Assembly (NCBI GenBank): GCA_025999335.1
Contig: AP024681.1
Location: 78,642 to 142,641, forward strand
Direction of reading: 5' to 3'
DNA length: 64,000 bases
DNA from: Candidatus Parcubacteria bacterium
GTDB lineage: Bacteria; Patescibacteriota; Minisyncoccia; UBA6257; HR35
Under the pieces are notes generated by a model, which saw only the letters and a program-made list of their open reading frames with translations, was not told the origin of the DNA and searched no databases. Position 1 is the stretch's first letter. Each line of letters begins with the position of its first letter. Position numbers and translations under genes: made by a program. Positions 48,720 to 58,474 of the stretch are shown here, in pieces.

Positions 48720-48760
48720 GCCCGCAGCCCTCACGCAGAGCTGCGGGCTTTTTTATTTTT
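48720..48760 (+). terminator. Rho-independent terminator
   Basis: GCCCGCAGC...GCTGCGGGC stem followed by TTTTTTATTTTT, 13 nt after the stop codon. Confidence 0.9.
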
Positions 48761-48787
48761 AAAATTTCATCTCTGAAGAATATTCCA

Positions 48788-48803
48788 ACATTCTTAAGAA
48801 TGT
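48788..48803. repeat. Perfect 16-bp palindrome ACATTCTTAAGAATGT with a second GAATGT half-site downstream
   Basis: Directly visible; followed by GAGAATGTT. Confidence 0.75.
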
Positions 48804-48891
48804 GAGAATGTTATTTTATCAAATTTAAGAGCTGCTGATTTTTCTTTTTGAAATCTAAATCAGCGTTAATCCGCGTATATCAGCTTTACTT

Positions 48892-49518
48892 TTAAAACTT
48901 CACTTCTGGAGGTTTTTCTGCTGTTTCTTTTTCCTCGTAGTTTAATTCAAAATATTCAAAAGAAGGAAATTTAAAAAGATTAGCAATAACTGAATTTGGG
49001 AAAGATTGACGATAAGCTTCGTATTCTCTCAAAACCGCATTATAAAATCTTCGGCTGGCTTGAATTTTATCTTCAGCGTCAACTAATTCTTGCTGAAGAT
49101 GTAAAAAGTTTTGATTAGCTTTTAAGTCTGGATAATTTTCAGCAACGGCAAATAAAGACTTTAAAGCTGAAGTTAACATATTGTCCGCCTCAAGCCCTTC
49201 TTTAACTGTCTTTGCTTCTAAAATTTTACTTCTAGCTTCAGTTACTTTTTCAAAAACTTCTTTTTCATGAGCAGCATAACCTTTAACAGTTTCAATTAAA
49301 TTAGGAATCAAATCAGCTCTTCTTTTTAACTGAATTTCAATATCGGAAGAAGATTCTTTAACTTGCTCTCTTAAACGAATTAACTGATTATAAATTAAAA
49401 CTAACCAAATAAATAAAGATACAGCTAAAGCTACAATATTAAATTGCCATTCAACTATATTAAATAAACCACTGGCAATTATCAAAACGAAAATTATTAA
49501 AAATAAAGAGTTAATCAT
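48892..49518 (-). CDS. lemA: LemA family protein
   Basis: YNQL..LR..V; IEIQLKRRADLIPNL; AVAENYPDLKANQNF; RRFYN; FP. Confidence 0.95.
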   Translation of the reverse strand: MINSLFLIIFVLIIASGLFNIVEWQFNIVALAVSLFIWLVLIYNQLIRLREQVKESSSDIEIQLKRRADLIPNLIETVKGYAAHEKEVFEKVTEARSKILEAKTVKEGLEADNMLTSALKSLFAVAENYPDLKANQNFLHLQQELVDAEDKIQASRRFYNAVLREYEAYRQSFPNSVIANLFKFPSFEYFELNYEEKETAEKPPEVKF

Positions 49519-49591
49519 TAATTTAAAAATAAAAATTTCTTATTTTTTTAAATTATTTATTAGTAAATATCGACCAAAATTTTATTTACTT

Positions 49592-50197
49592 TTATTTATC
49601 TTTATTATACCACGGTTCCTGTTCAGATATTTTTTTAATATATGCTAGATATCTCGCCCAAGCATAAAAATAGCTTGACAAACGATTAAGATAAGCAATA
49701 ATAGTTTCATCAAGATGATATTTTTTACTTAAAACAATAAGCCTTCTTTCAATTCGCCGACTAACAGCTCGTAAATAATCCAACCAAGCGGAATTTTTCT
49801 CTGACCCGTAAATTATAAATTTATTTTTAGGCGAAATTTTATCTTCTATTGACATAATTTCTTTTTCAAGCATAGCAAGAGAATCTTTGCTTAACATCGG
49901 AGGTTTAAATTTTTTATATAAAAGATAAGCTATATTTGCCTGAATAATAAAAAGATTATTTTGAATATTAGTAAGTTTCTCGTTTAAAGAGTGAGAATGT
50001 TTGTGTTTGCGCTGATTAGCAAAACAAGCAGAACAAAGGTTAGTTTCAATTTTTGTCAAATGACTTTTGGCTAAACCAATGAGACTATTTAATTCATCTA
50101 ATTCTCCTAAAGTTTCAATAATAAAATTATCTTTAGATATTTTTTTATCTCCAATAATACTTTTTCCTTTATCGCCTTTACCAGTAAAATAAACCAT
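49592..50197 (-). CDS. PduO-type ATP:cob(I)alamin adenosyltransferase family protein
   Basis: FTGKGDKG, GELDELNSLIG, RAVSRRIERR, YLNRLSSYF. Confidence 0.88.
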   Translation of the reverse strand: MVYFTGKGDKGKSIIGDKKISKDNFIIETLGELDELNSLIGLAKSHLTKIETNLCSACFANQRKHKHSHSLNEKLTNIQNNLFIIQANIAYLLYKKFKPPMLSKDSLAMLEKEIMSIEDKISPKNKFIIYGSEKNSAWLDYLRAVSRRIERRLIVLSKKYHLDETIIAYLNRLSSYFYAWARYLAYIKKISEQEPWYNKDK

Positions 50198-50209
50198 TAA
50201 TTGCTTAAA

Positions 50210-50422
50210 CTATAATCTTTTAATAATTCTACCTTTATATTGGTCATAAGGAGAGAGCTCCACCATTACATAATCACCAGGAATAACTTTAATAAAATTA
50301 ATGCGCATTTTACCAGCTACATAAGCAGTAATTATTCTCTCGTCTTCAAGTTTAACTTTAAATTTTAATTCTGGTAATGCTTCAATAATTCTACCTTTAA
50401 CTATATTGGCTTCTTTCTTCAT
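50210..50422 (-). CDS. infA: Translation initiation factor IF-1
   Basis: EALP..F.V.LE; GKMR.NFI.V.PGD.V.VELSPYD..KGRI. Confidence 0.97.
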   Translation of the reverse strand: MKKEANIVKGRIIEALPELKFKVKLEDERIITAYVAGKMRINFIKVIPGDYVMVELSPYDQYKGRIIKRL

Positions 50423-50462
50423 TAGAAATAATAAAAAATTGCAAATAATTTAACTTATAAAA

Positions 50463-50933
50463 CTAATATAAATCAAGATCATTTAAAGTCTCATCAGGAT
50501 TATTATTAAGATTAGTAGGCTTATAAGAATCTAAATCTGATTCTAGGTTAATCAATTCTTTATCATCGTTATTAGTTGCATTTATATTTTTAGGACCAAA
50601 ACGTACGTTTTCAGCAATAATTTCATAAGACATACGTTTATTACCCTGAGTATCAAGCCATGAACGCGATCTTATTCTACCTTCTACAAAAATAAGCCTT
50701 CCTTTACTTAAATATTGCCTACACAAATCAGCTAACTTCCCCCAAACAACAACACGGTGATATTCAGTTTCTTCTTTCAAATTACCACTTTTATCTTTAT
50801 AAGAATGATTGGTAGCTACATTTAAAATAGCTAAAGAGACGCCTGAAGGCAAATAACGAAAATCAACTTCTTGAGTTAGTCTACCTATAAGTAAAACTTT
50901 ATTTAAATTCATTAAACAATTATTATTAAGCAA
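50463..50933 (-). CDS. ssb: Single-stranded DNA-binding protein; start probably at 50912 (MNLNKV)
   Basis: NKVLLIGRL, ETEYHRVVVWGKLA, YLSKG, VEGRI; acidic tail. Confidence 0.95.
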   Translation of the reverse strand: MLNNNCLMNLNKVLLIGRLTQEVDFRYLPSGVSLAILNVATNHSYKDKSGNLKEETEYHRVVVWGKLADLCRQYLSKGRLIFVEGRIRSRSWLDTQGNKRMSYEIIAENVRFGPKNINATNNDDKELINLESDLDSYKPTNLNNNPDETLNDLDLY

Positions 50934-51288
50934 TATTAGTTAAATTGTGCTCTTGATTAGTAATGACGGTATTTAAAATTTGAGCTAATTCTTTAGAATT
51001 TCTTTTCTTTTTAAGAATAATAAAACGAATAATATTATTAATATTTTTTACTGCTTGGTGAAAATCTTTCATCTTACTAATGTCAGTTTCTTCAACCTCA
51101 AAATAAATTGTCCCAAATTCACCATTAATATGATTATTAATAGGATAAGCTAAATTTTTTATTTTCAGAGGATTTTTCTTCAATAACTTAAACTTAAAAT
51201 CATCTAAAAGCTGAAGAATTGTTTCTTCTACTTTATTACCAAAATCATTTATCGCCCAAAAACTTATCTCATATATTTGTTTACGCAT
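50926..51288 (-). CDS. rpsF: 30S ribosomal protein S6
   Basis: YEI, LAYPI, IIRFII; conserved position upstream of ssb. Confidence 0.85.
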   Translation of the reverse strand: MRKQIYEISFWAINDFGNKVEETILQLLDDFKFKLLKKNPLKIKNLAYPINNHINGEFGTIYFEVEETDISKMKDFHQAVKNINNIIRFIILKKKRNSKELAQILNTVITNQEHNLTNIA

Positions 51289-51393
51289 TGTTAATAAATT
51301 ATCAGATTGATTTTTAATTTTAATATTATTATTATAAACTAAAATTTTTATTATCCATTAAAATCATACTGAATTAATTTTACCATAATTATC

Positions 51394-52434
51394 TTAAATT
51401 TTAATAAAAATTATATCATTATTTTCCACAAAACTGTTTCTGCCTTTTAACCTAATAACTTTTTCCTGACGACAAGCTTCCCAACTGCCACACCTTAGAA
51501 AATCATCTAAAGAAACAACCTCAGCTATCTTAAATGATTTTACAAAATCAGAATGAATCATAGGCAAAATATCAGCAATCATACTATTTTTAGCAGTAAA
51601 CCAACCTTGAGTAATTAAATTATTAAAAGTAAAAAACTCTATTAATTCTAAAGAGAGAGCGAGATCATATAAAAATTTATTAATATTATCAACATCACCA
51701 TTTTCTTGCAGCAAATCCAATTCCCACTTTAAATCTAAGTTATATGTCTTAATAAATAAATTTTCTAATAACGATAAATCATACTTTAATCCATTAATAA
51801 GCAAAAACCATTTTTTGGTCACCAATAAATTAAAATCTTTAAGAACATCGTTAAATCTAGAAAATTGTAAAAAATTAACTTTATCTAAATTATTGTTGCT
51901 TAAATGCTCAACAGCCATATCTAATTCTTGCGCTAACTCTCCTAAAATTTCAATAATTTTTTTATTATCTTTATTATGTTCTTTAAGAAGTTTATTTATC
52001 GATTTATCAATAATGGCTTTATCGGCAAAGATTATTTCTGTCAAAATAGTTATAATATCATTCAAAGGATCAATAACAATATTAACTGATGGTACTTGAA
52101 TATCAAAAAAATTTCGAGCTATTAAAAAAATCGCCTTACAACCACGTAAATAACTTAAAAATTCATTTCCTAATCCTTGACCCTGATGAGCTCCTTGAAT
52201 AAGGCCAGGAACATCAATAAATTTTAAATAAGGCATAACTAATTTTTCGGTTTTGGTTAGAGTATGCAAAGAACGTAAATTTTGCGAACAAACAAAAGCA
52301 ATACCTTCTTTAGATTCTAAAGTCGAAAACATATGCGGAGCAATAGCATTGTCTATATTGGTTACTAATTTTAAAAAAGTTGATTTACCGCTATTAGGCA
52401 AACCGCACAAACCAATAGTTAAATTTTTAATCAT
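51394..52434 (-). CDS. ychF: YchF/Obg-family ATPase (divergent)
   Basis: GLPNSGKST; DVPGLI.GA..G.GLGNEFL; FFT; IHSDF...F..AEV; upstream of rpsF. Confidence 0.85.
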   Translation of the reverse strand: MIKNLTIGLCGLPNSGKSTFLKLVTNIDNAIAPHMFSTLESKEGIAFVCSQNLRSLHTLTKTEKLVMPYLKFIDVPGLIQGAHQGQGLGNEFLSYLRGCKAIFLIARNFFDIQVPSVNIVIDPLNDIITILTEIIFADKAIIDKSINKLLKEHNKDNKKIIEILGELAQELDMAVEHLSNNNLDKVNFLQFSRFNDVLKDFNLLVTKKWFLLINGLKYDLSLLENLFIKTYNLDLKWELDLLQENGDVDNINKFLYDLALSLELIEFFTFNNLITQGWFTAKNSMIADILPMIHSDFVKSFKIAEVVSLDDFLRCGSWEACRQEKVIRLKGRNSFVENNDIIFIKI

Positions 52435-52474
52435 AAAATTTTGATTTTAAACTTAAATTTTCAATAGGGCAAAT

Positions 52475-52894
52475 TTAAATATTTAAAACTTTCTTTACTT
52501 CGGGATCTAAGTTTGACTGAAAATAGTTAAATAATTCACTTGGCATAACCCATTTAACTTCAGCAATCTCATCTTTTTCAATAATCTCTTGAACTGGTTC
52601 TTCGCTTTCTAAAGAGCACAAAAAATAAATTATAGGTATAAAAGTATCGGGATGAATTCTAAAATGTATTTGCCTAATAACATTTGTTTTATAACCAGTT
52701 TCCAGTAAAATTTCTTTAACAACCCTTTCTTCTCTACTTTCATTATCTTCTTGTACGCCACCAGGAAAAACCCACTCTAAATAACCACCTTTGTTTAAAC
52801 TTTCAGGATAACGACGCCTTACAATTAATACTTCTCCTTTTTTATTTAGAACTATACCAATAGTTACTATTGATTTCATCCGTTTATTATCCAT
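52475..52894 (-). CDS. NUDIX hydrolase
   Basis: WVFPGG..E..E......KEILLETGY, a slightly degenerate Nudix box. Confidence 0.85.
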   Translation of the reverse strand: MDNKRMKSIVTIGIVLNKKGEVLIVRRRYPESLNKGGYLEWVFPGGVQEDNESREERVVKEILLETGYKTNVIRQIHFRIHPDTFIPIIYFLCSLESEEPVQEIIEKDEIAEVKWVMPSELFNYFQSNLDPEVKKVLNI

Positions 52895-52976
52895 TTTTTA
52901 AAGATTATTAATTATTAACGATTTATTAAAATTTGACTTTTAATAAAAATTAATTATAATTATAATTTTATCATAG

Positions 52977-53447
52977 ATGAATGACAAAATATATATATCA
53001 AAAGAACAATTAGAAAATTTAAAAAAAGAATTAGAGTATTTAAAGAGCGAAGGCAGAAAAATGACTGCTGAAAAACTTAAAACTGCTTTATCTTTTGGTG
53101 ATATAAGCGAAAATGCTGAATATGACGAAGCAACAGCGCTTAAAGAAAGACTAGAAAAACGTATTCTCGAATTAGAACATATAATCAGATCAGCAAAAAT
53201 AATAAAAGATGTTAAAAATAAAGACCGAATTTTCCCAGGCTCAACATTTGAATTATTAGATCTCTCCACAAATAAAAAATACACTTTCACTTTAGTTGGA
53301 TTTGGCGATGCTGACCCACAAAAAAAACAAATCTCAGCTGAATCACCATTGGGCAAAGAATTGTTAAATAAAAAAGTTGGCGATATTATTAAAGTTAAAA
53401 CTCCTAAAAAAGAAATTAATTATAAAATAACAAAAATTATAAAATAA
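52977..53447 (+). CDS. greA: Transcription elongation factor GreA
   Basis: GDISENAEY; IS.ESPLGK.LL.KKVGD. Confidence 0.96.
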   Translation: MNDKIYISKEQLENLKKELEYLKSEGRKMTAEKLKTALSFGDISENAEYDEATALKERLEKRILELEHIIRSAKIIKDVKNKDRIFPGSTFELLDLSTNKKYTFTLVGFGDADPQKKQISAESPLGKELLNKKVGDIIKVKTPKKEINYKITKIIK

Positions 53448-54047
53448 CTATTTTCTCTCAACAAAAGATAATTTAATTGTTTCTGGATCAATAAACTCTA
53501 TTTCTCCACCTAAAGGAATACCCCGAGCTAAAAAAGTAAATTTTAATTTAGGAAACTTTTTAACAAGAATGTTTAAATGTTTGATTGTTGGTAAAGCTTC
53601 ACGAGTATAAGGTAAAGCGATAATTATTTCTTTGTATTGCTTAGTAGATAAACGCGACTCTAAAATTTTTAATCTTTCTCTAATAATACTTTTATTTTCA
53701 AATGGCAAAATTAAACCTCCTAAAATAAAATATTTACCTTGAAACACTTTAGCGCTTTCTAAAGTCAAAACATCAGTTTCGCGAGCTACAATCATCATAA
53801 TATCATCACGACGATGACTATTGGCGCAAATATTACATAATTCATTAATAGAAGGAAAAAAACAATTCTGACAAAATTGGATCTCGCTTAAAGTCACATT
53901 TATATTTTCTAAAAATTTTTTCTTTGTTTTTTCATCCTGTTTAATTAACCAAAAAAATAATCGTAAAGCTTGACGTGAGCCTATTTCCGGAAAAGAATCA
54001 AAAAATTCTATTATTCTTTTAAATAAAGGAGGTAAGATTGATGACAT
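53448..54047 (-). CDS. recR: Recombination protein RecR
   Basis: HhH P.IG.RQA.R; C4 zinc finger CQNC...CNIC; YFILGG; ARGIPLGGEIEFID. Confidence 0.92.
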   Translation of the reverse strand: MSSILPPLFKRIIEFFDSFPEIGSRQALRLFFWLIKQDEKTKKKFLENINVTLSEIQFCQNCFFPSINELCNICANSHRRDDIMMIVARETDVLTLESAKVFQGKYFILGGLILPFENKSIIRERLKILESRLSTKQYKEIIIALPYTREALPTIKHLNILVKKFPKLKFTFLARGIPLGGEIEFIDPETIKLSFVERK

Positions 54048-54070
54048 TATTTAATTTAGCGTTTAGCATA

Positions 54071-55435
54071 TTAATGAAATTCTATTTCTTCTGGTTGAGT
54101 TTCTAAAGTATAAAAAGAAGCTGTCTCAGCGTCAAAAAATAAATCAACACTACCGATAGGACCATTTCTATGTTTAGCAATGATTATATTAACTTGATTA
54201 GAAGGTAAAGCGGCGGCTGTTTCTTTAGGACGATGTATAAAAATAACTACATCCGCATCTTGTTCAATACTACCTGATTCTCTTAAATCAGATAAACGAG
54301 GAATTTGAGAAATTCTTTGTTCCGGTGCTCGCGATAATTGCGAAATAGCTAAAACAGGAGTTTCTAATTCCCTTGCTAATTCCTTTAAGCTTTTCGATAT
54401 TTCACTAACTTCTTGAACTCGATTATCTATCATTTTGCTTGATCTTATTAACTGTAAATAATCAATCACTATTAATCCTAATTCGCCTATTTCATGCTTT
54501 AATTTTCTTGCCATTGTTCTAATCTGCAAATTATTAAGACTAGGACTATCGTCTATAAAAATCGGGACGTTTTTAAGTTTGTCAATAGCTTCATCAATTA
54601 ACGCTAATTCATCAACATTACCTTCGCTGCTTAAACGTCCCGTACGTAAACGCCATAAACTAATACCTGCCTGCGAAGCAATTAAACGATCGGCTATCTG
54701 ATCTTTAGACATTTCTAAAGAAAAAATGCCTACCGGGATATTTTCTTCAACAGCTAAATAACGTGCAATATTAAGCGCCAACGCTGTTTTACCTTGAGAT
54801 GGCCTTGAGGCTAAAATAATTAAATCTGATTTTTGTAAACCTCCTAAATACTCGTCTAATTTAACAAAACCTGTAGGAATCCCTCTTAAAATAACTCCTT
54901 TTTGTAAATCATAAATTCTTTTACGACTGTCATCAAGTAAATTATTTAAAGGTATAAATTCATAAGGATACACTTTTTCAGCTATAGTAAATATATTTTT
55001 CTCAACCTCATCAATTAATTCTTCGGCATCTTTATTTTCATCGTCAACTAATTCTCTAATTTTTTGAGATAATTCTAATAAATCTTTTCTTGATTTCCTT
55101 GTTCGAATCAATTTAGCGTAAGAAACTATATTAACAACTGAAGGAGCTTTGTTAACCAAATTCACCAAATAACCATAACCTCCAATGTTGTCTAAAATTT
55201 TTTTCTCTTGCAAACGATTGCTGACAGTAATAATGTCTATGCCTATTCTTTTTTCAAATAATTCTAAAATAGCTTTATAAATTTCTTGATTTTCATTTTT
55301 TAAAAAATCCTCAGGCTTTAAAATGTCAGCAATTTTAATAATACCTTCATCATCTATTAACAGCGCTCCTAATAATGCTTCTTCTAAATCATCCAAAATA
55401 TGGGCAAGTTTATTCAGGTTATTAAAAGAATTCAT
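54071..55435 (-). CDS. dnaB: Replicative DNA helicase DnaB
   Basis: ASRPSQGKT, FSLEM, IDYLQL, SQLSR, DLRESGSIEQDAD, KHRNGP; no intein. Confidence 0.97.
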   Translation of the reverse strand: MNSFNNLNKLAHILDDLEEALLGALLIDDEGIIKIADILKPEDFLKNENQEIYKAILELFEKRIGIDIITVSNRLQEKKILDNIGGYGYLVNLVNKAPSVVNIVSYAKLIRTRKSRKDLLELSQKIRELVDDENKDAEELIDEVEKNIFTIAEKVYPYEFIPLNNLLDDSRKRIYDLQKGVILRGIPTGFVKLDEYLGGLQKSDLIILASRPSQGKTALALNIARYLAVEENIPVGIFSLEMSKDQIADRLIASQAGISLWRLRTGRLSSEGNVDELALIDEAIDKLKNVPIFIDDSPSLNNLQIRTMARKLKHEIGELGLIVIDYLQLIRSSKMIDNRVQEVSEISKSLKELARELETPVLAISQLSRAPEQRISQIPRLSDLRESGSIEQDADVVIFIHRPKETAAALPSNQVNIIIAKHRNGPIGSVDLFFDAETASFYTLETQPEEIEFH

Positions 55436-55720
55436 AATAATTAATTATATTACTAGTTTTATTAATAAATTATCTAAAAATTTTTTAAAAATAAAAAATC
55501 TGGAAAAAATGAGGATAAACTAATAATTAGTTTAAATTTAATTTAAAAAATAATCTTTATTATCAATAAAAGAAAAAAGCCATTAAAATATAATCTTAAA
55601 ATAAAATTATAATAAGATTGCATCATTAATCAAAAATTGGCTAATATTAATTTTTATTAATAATTCTTTTGGATTGTTAAGTCGAAATTAAAATATAAAA
55701 TTAATTTTTCTTTATTAATA

Positions 55721-56098
55721 ATGACTCATCCTGAAAATATTAATCCTCCTAAAGACCACCTGGAAAATTCAAAAAATCAAGAAAAAGAATTTTCAGCAAG
55801 TCAAGAAATTAAACGCGGTCCCTATGCTCTTCAACTAAAAGTTATATATACACGTTACCTAGGATATTCTCTTAATATTCTTGGTATTCCTTATAAAACT
55901 TCCCAAGGATGGAATACAAAAGATGAAACTTATGAGCTCAAAACCGATGATGCTGAAAAAGCAAAAGAAATTTTTGAAAAAATAAAAAAATTCTTAGAAG
56001 AAACAGACAGCGATTGGAATGAATTATTTCCTGAAAAATTCAAATTTATTTTAGAAAAAACTATTAAGGAGATTATTAATAGTAAAACAAATAATTAG
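55721..56098 (+). CDS. Hypothetical protein
   Basis: Isolated 125-aa ORF in an otherwise very AT-rich intergenic stretch. Confidence 0.65.
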   Translation: MTHPENINPPKDHLENSKNQEKEFSASQEIKRGPYALQLKVIYTRYLGYSLNILGIPYKTSQGWNTKDETYELKTDDAEKAKEIFEKIKKFLEETDSDWNELFPEKFKFILEKTIKEIINSKTNN

Positions 56099-56425
56099 AT
56101 TTTTAAAATTATTCTTGCTCATAATTTTATCACCGCCTTTATCTTGATAATTAAATTTAGCGCCATAAAATTATAAACATAAAAAAATTAAGCATATACC
56201 AAATAATCATAAAAACTTAATAATCCAAAAAATTTTTATTATTTAAAAGATAAAGTTATAATAATAAAAATAGTCCTCTTGTCTATTCAATATTAAAAAT
56301 ATTGCATTTATTGCTAAAAAAATATGTTTTAAAATATAGATAACAAAAATCAAATTGCAACCAATTGGTCAATAAATTAATTAATCCCTTATTTTGGCGC
56401 TTACTATCTCAAAACCTTAATAAAA

Positions 56426-58474
56426 ATGTCAAAAAAAGTATTCTTTATAAGCACAATAATACTCTTATATACATTATTGGCAACAGCCGAAACAAACTAT
56501 CAACAATTATCACTTTCTAATCAGTCTACGCCTCAAATCAAATTAGAAAATAAAAACGGCAACATTGAAATAAAATTAGAGATACCTGACGATTTAAAAG
56601 ATTCAATCACAATAGATTATTTTGAAATTTATAGAAATAATTCACTAATTGTAACGACAACAACAAATGAATTCATAGATCAACTAAAACAAAATGGTCA
56701 ATACAACTATAAATATATAATCCACGCTAAAAATAGATCCAACAATACAACTCTTACAATAACCAGTCCAGAAAAAACAATTGTTATTGAAAACTTAGCA
56801 ACAACAACTACTACTAATAATACTTCAACCACCTCAACTACAAATATTTCTACTACTAATATTTCTTCTAATACTTCTTCAGCAACTACTTCTACAACTA
56901 CTTCTAATAATTATAATACTTTTGTCACCAACAATATTATTTCAACAACCACCACAGGACGAAACACAGAGGAAACTGAAAATGAATTTAGCGTCGAAAA
57001 TATAACCGCAAATAATTTATCAAATATTAATACCACCACAACAAAAATTACTCCTTCCCAAGAACAAAAGAAAATACCCGAAACACCACGCTCTCGTCTT
57101 GAACAACCTTTGCCTAAAACTACTGCAACTATTAAAGAAGCAGAAATAAAGAGTAGAAAGGAAACAAAAGAATCTGCTAAAGAAAAAGTAAAAGAGACGA
57201 AAGATGAAATTAATAAAATGTCACCAGTAAAAATAAAATTAACTGGTCAAACGTTAACAACTGAAGGAGAAATTTTAGGTAAAAGCAAAGTCTTCATTCA
57301 AACAGCAAAAGACATCTATGAAATTGAAACAAATCAAAACGGAGAATTTAACATTGAGATACCTGGTTGGCAAAATATTACTATCAATAGTGTTTATGCC
57401 AGAGATTCGTCTATTTATAAATCAAATATAATTAATCTTAACCTTACTGAGAGTGATCAAAATATTAATATTTATTTAGAAAAAGAAAAAATAGTTTTAC
57501 CTCAACCAATAGAAAAAGCAATTGCAACTAATAAAGAAGAAAAAATAGTTCTTGATGATAATACAGAAATTACTATCCCCGCAACGGCAGTTACCACAAC
57601 AAACATTATCAATGTTGATATTAAACCAACAATTGAGGTACCGCCAGTAACTAATTTTAGTTTCATCGATAAAGTCTATGACATAAAACTTAGAGATCAA
57701 AATAATAATGAAATTAAAAATCTTGATAAAGAAATAGAAATTAAAATAGAATATGATCCTCAAGTATTAAAAGAAAAAAATTTAAGTGAAGATGAAATTT
57801 TAATCGGTTATTTTGATGAAATAAATAAAATTTGGATTCCTTTAGAAAAGTATACTCTTGACAAAAAAAATAAAGTTATTATTGGTTATGTCCAACATTT
57901 AACCAAATTTGCAATCATTAGTTTTGTTGATCGCACTCCACCGCCACCACCAACAAACATCAACTTAACTTTAACAAAAGACAAAAAAGTAAAAATTAAT
58001 TGGACTAATCCGCTGCAAGATTTTAAACATATAAATATCTATCGTTCGTCAACGACCAACTCTTCAACCATACTTTTATTTAAAGCAATAACCTCAACAG
58101 AAATTATTGACCAAAATGTTGATTGGGGAAAAACTTATTATTATTTAATCAAATCAGTAGATTATTTCAACAATGAATCAACAAACACTAAACCGTACAT
58201 TATTACTGTTTTCAGTTTTAATCGTTATTTAAAAGTCGGTAATAAAGGAGAAGATGTTCGTCACTTACAAGAAATACTAATTAAAGAAAATCTGCTCTCA
58301 GAAAAAATCAAACTTGGCTATTTTGGTTTAGCTACTAAAAATGCAGTAATAAAATTTCAAGAAAAATATTCTAAAGATGTCTTAGAACCTTTGTCATTAA
58401 AAAAAGGAACAGGATTTGTGGGACCTTATACTATCAAAAAACTCAATCAAATTTTAAACTCTGTAAATGAATGA
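56426..58474 (+). CDS. Secreted surface protein: Thr-rich linker, fibronectin type III-like domain, C-terminal peptidoglycan-binding domain
   Basis: Signal peptide; Thr/Ser/Asn runs; HLTKFAI; DRTPPPPP..WTNP..IYR..YYY.IKSVD; LKVGNKGEDVRHLQ..GYFG..TKNAVIKFQ..GTGFVGPYT. Confidence 0.85.
   Translation: MSKKVFFISTIILLYTLLATAETNYQQLSLSNQSTPQIKLENKNGNIEIKLEIPDDLKDSITIDYFEIYRNNSLIVTTTTNEFIDQLKQNGQYNYKYIIHAKNRSNNTTLTITSPEKTIVIENLATTTTTNNTSTTSTTNISTTNISSNTSSATTSTTTSNNYNTFVTNNIISTTTTGRNTEETENEFSVENITANNLSNINTTTTKITPSQEQKKIPETPRSRLEQPLPKTTATIKEAEIKSRKETKESAKEKVKETKDEINKMSPVKIKLTGQTLTTEGEILGKSKVFIQTAKDIYEIETNQNGEFNIEIPGWQNITINSVYARDSSIYKSNIINLNLTESDQNINIYLEKEKIVLPQPIEKAIATNKEEKIVLDDNTEITIPATAVTTTNIINVDIKPTIEVPPVTNFSFIDKVYDIKLRDQNNNEIKNLDKEIEIKIEYDPQVLKEKNLSEDEILIGYFDEINKIWIPLEKYTLDKKNKVIIGYVQHLTKFAIISFVDRTPPPPPTNINLTLTKDKKVKINWTNPLQDFKHINIYRSSTTNSSTILLFKAITSTEIIDQNVDWGKTYYYLIKSVDYFNNESTNTKPYIITVFSFNRYLKVGNKGEDVRHLQEILIKENLLSEKIKLGYFGLATKNAVIKFQEKYSKDVLEPLSLKKGTGFVGPYTIKKLNQILNSVNE

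Noticed and set aside
47869-48776. Alternative ORFs in the high-GC segment (47869-48102, 47961-48149, 48019-48432, 48534-48776)
   Set aside because: Expected by chance in GC-rich DNA; only 47855-48706 fits the promoter, SD and terminator.
55436-56425. Replication origin or ncRNA in the AT-rich gaps next to dnaB
   Set aside because: No cluster of DnaA boxes or convincing structured RNA seen by eye. A strand switch of gene orientation occurs here but is not sufficient evidence.
56795-56960. ACA/ACT-rich low-complexity tract as a separate repeat element
   Set aside because: Explained as the Thr/Ser/Asn linker of the surface protein.
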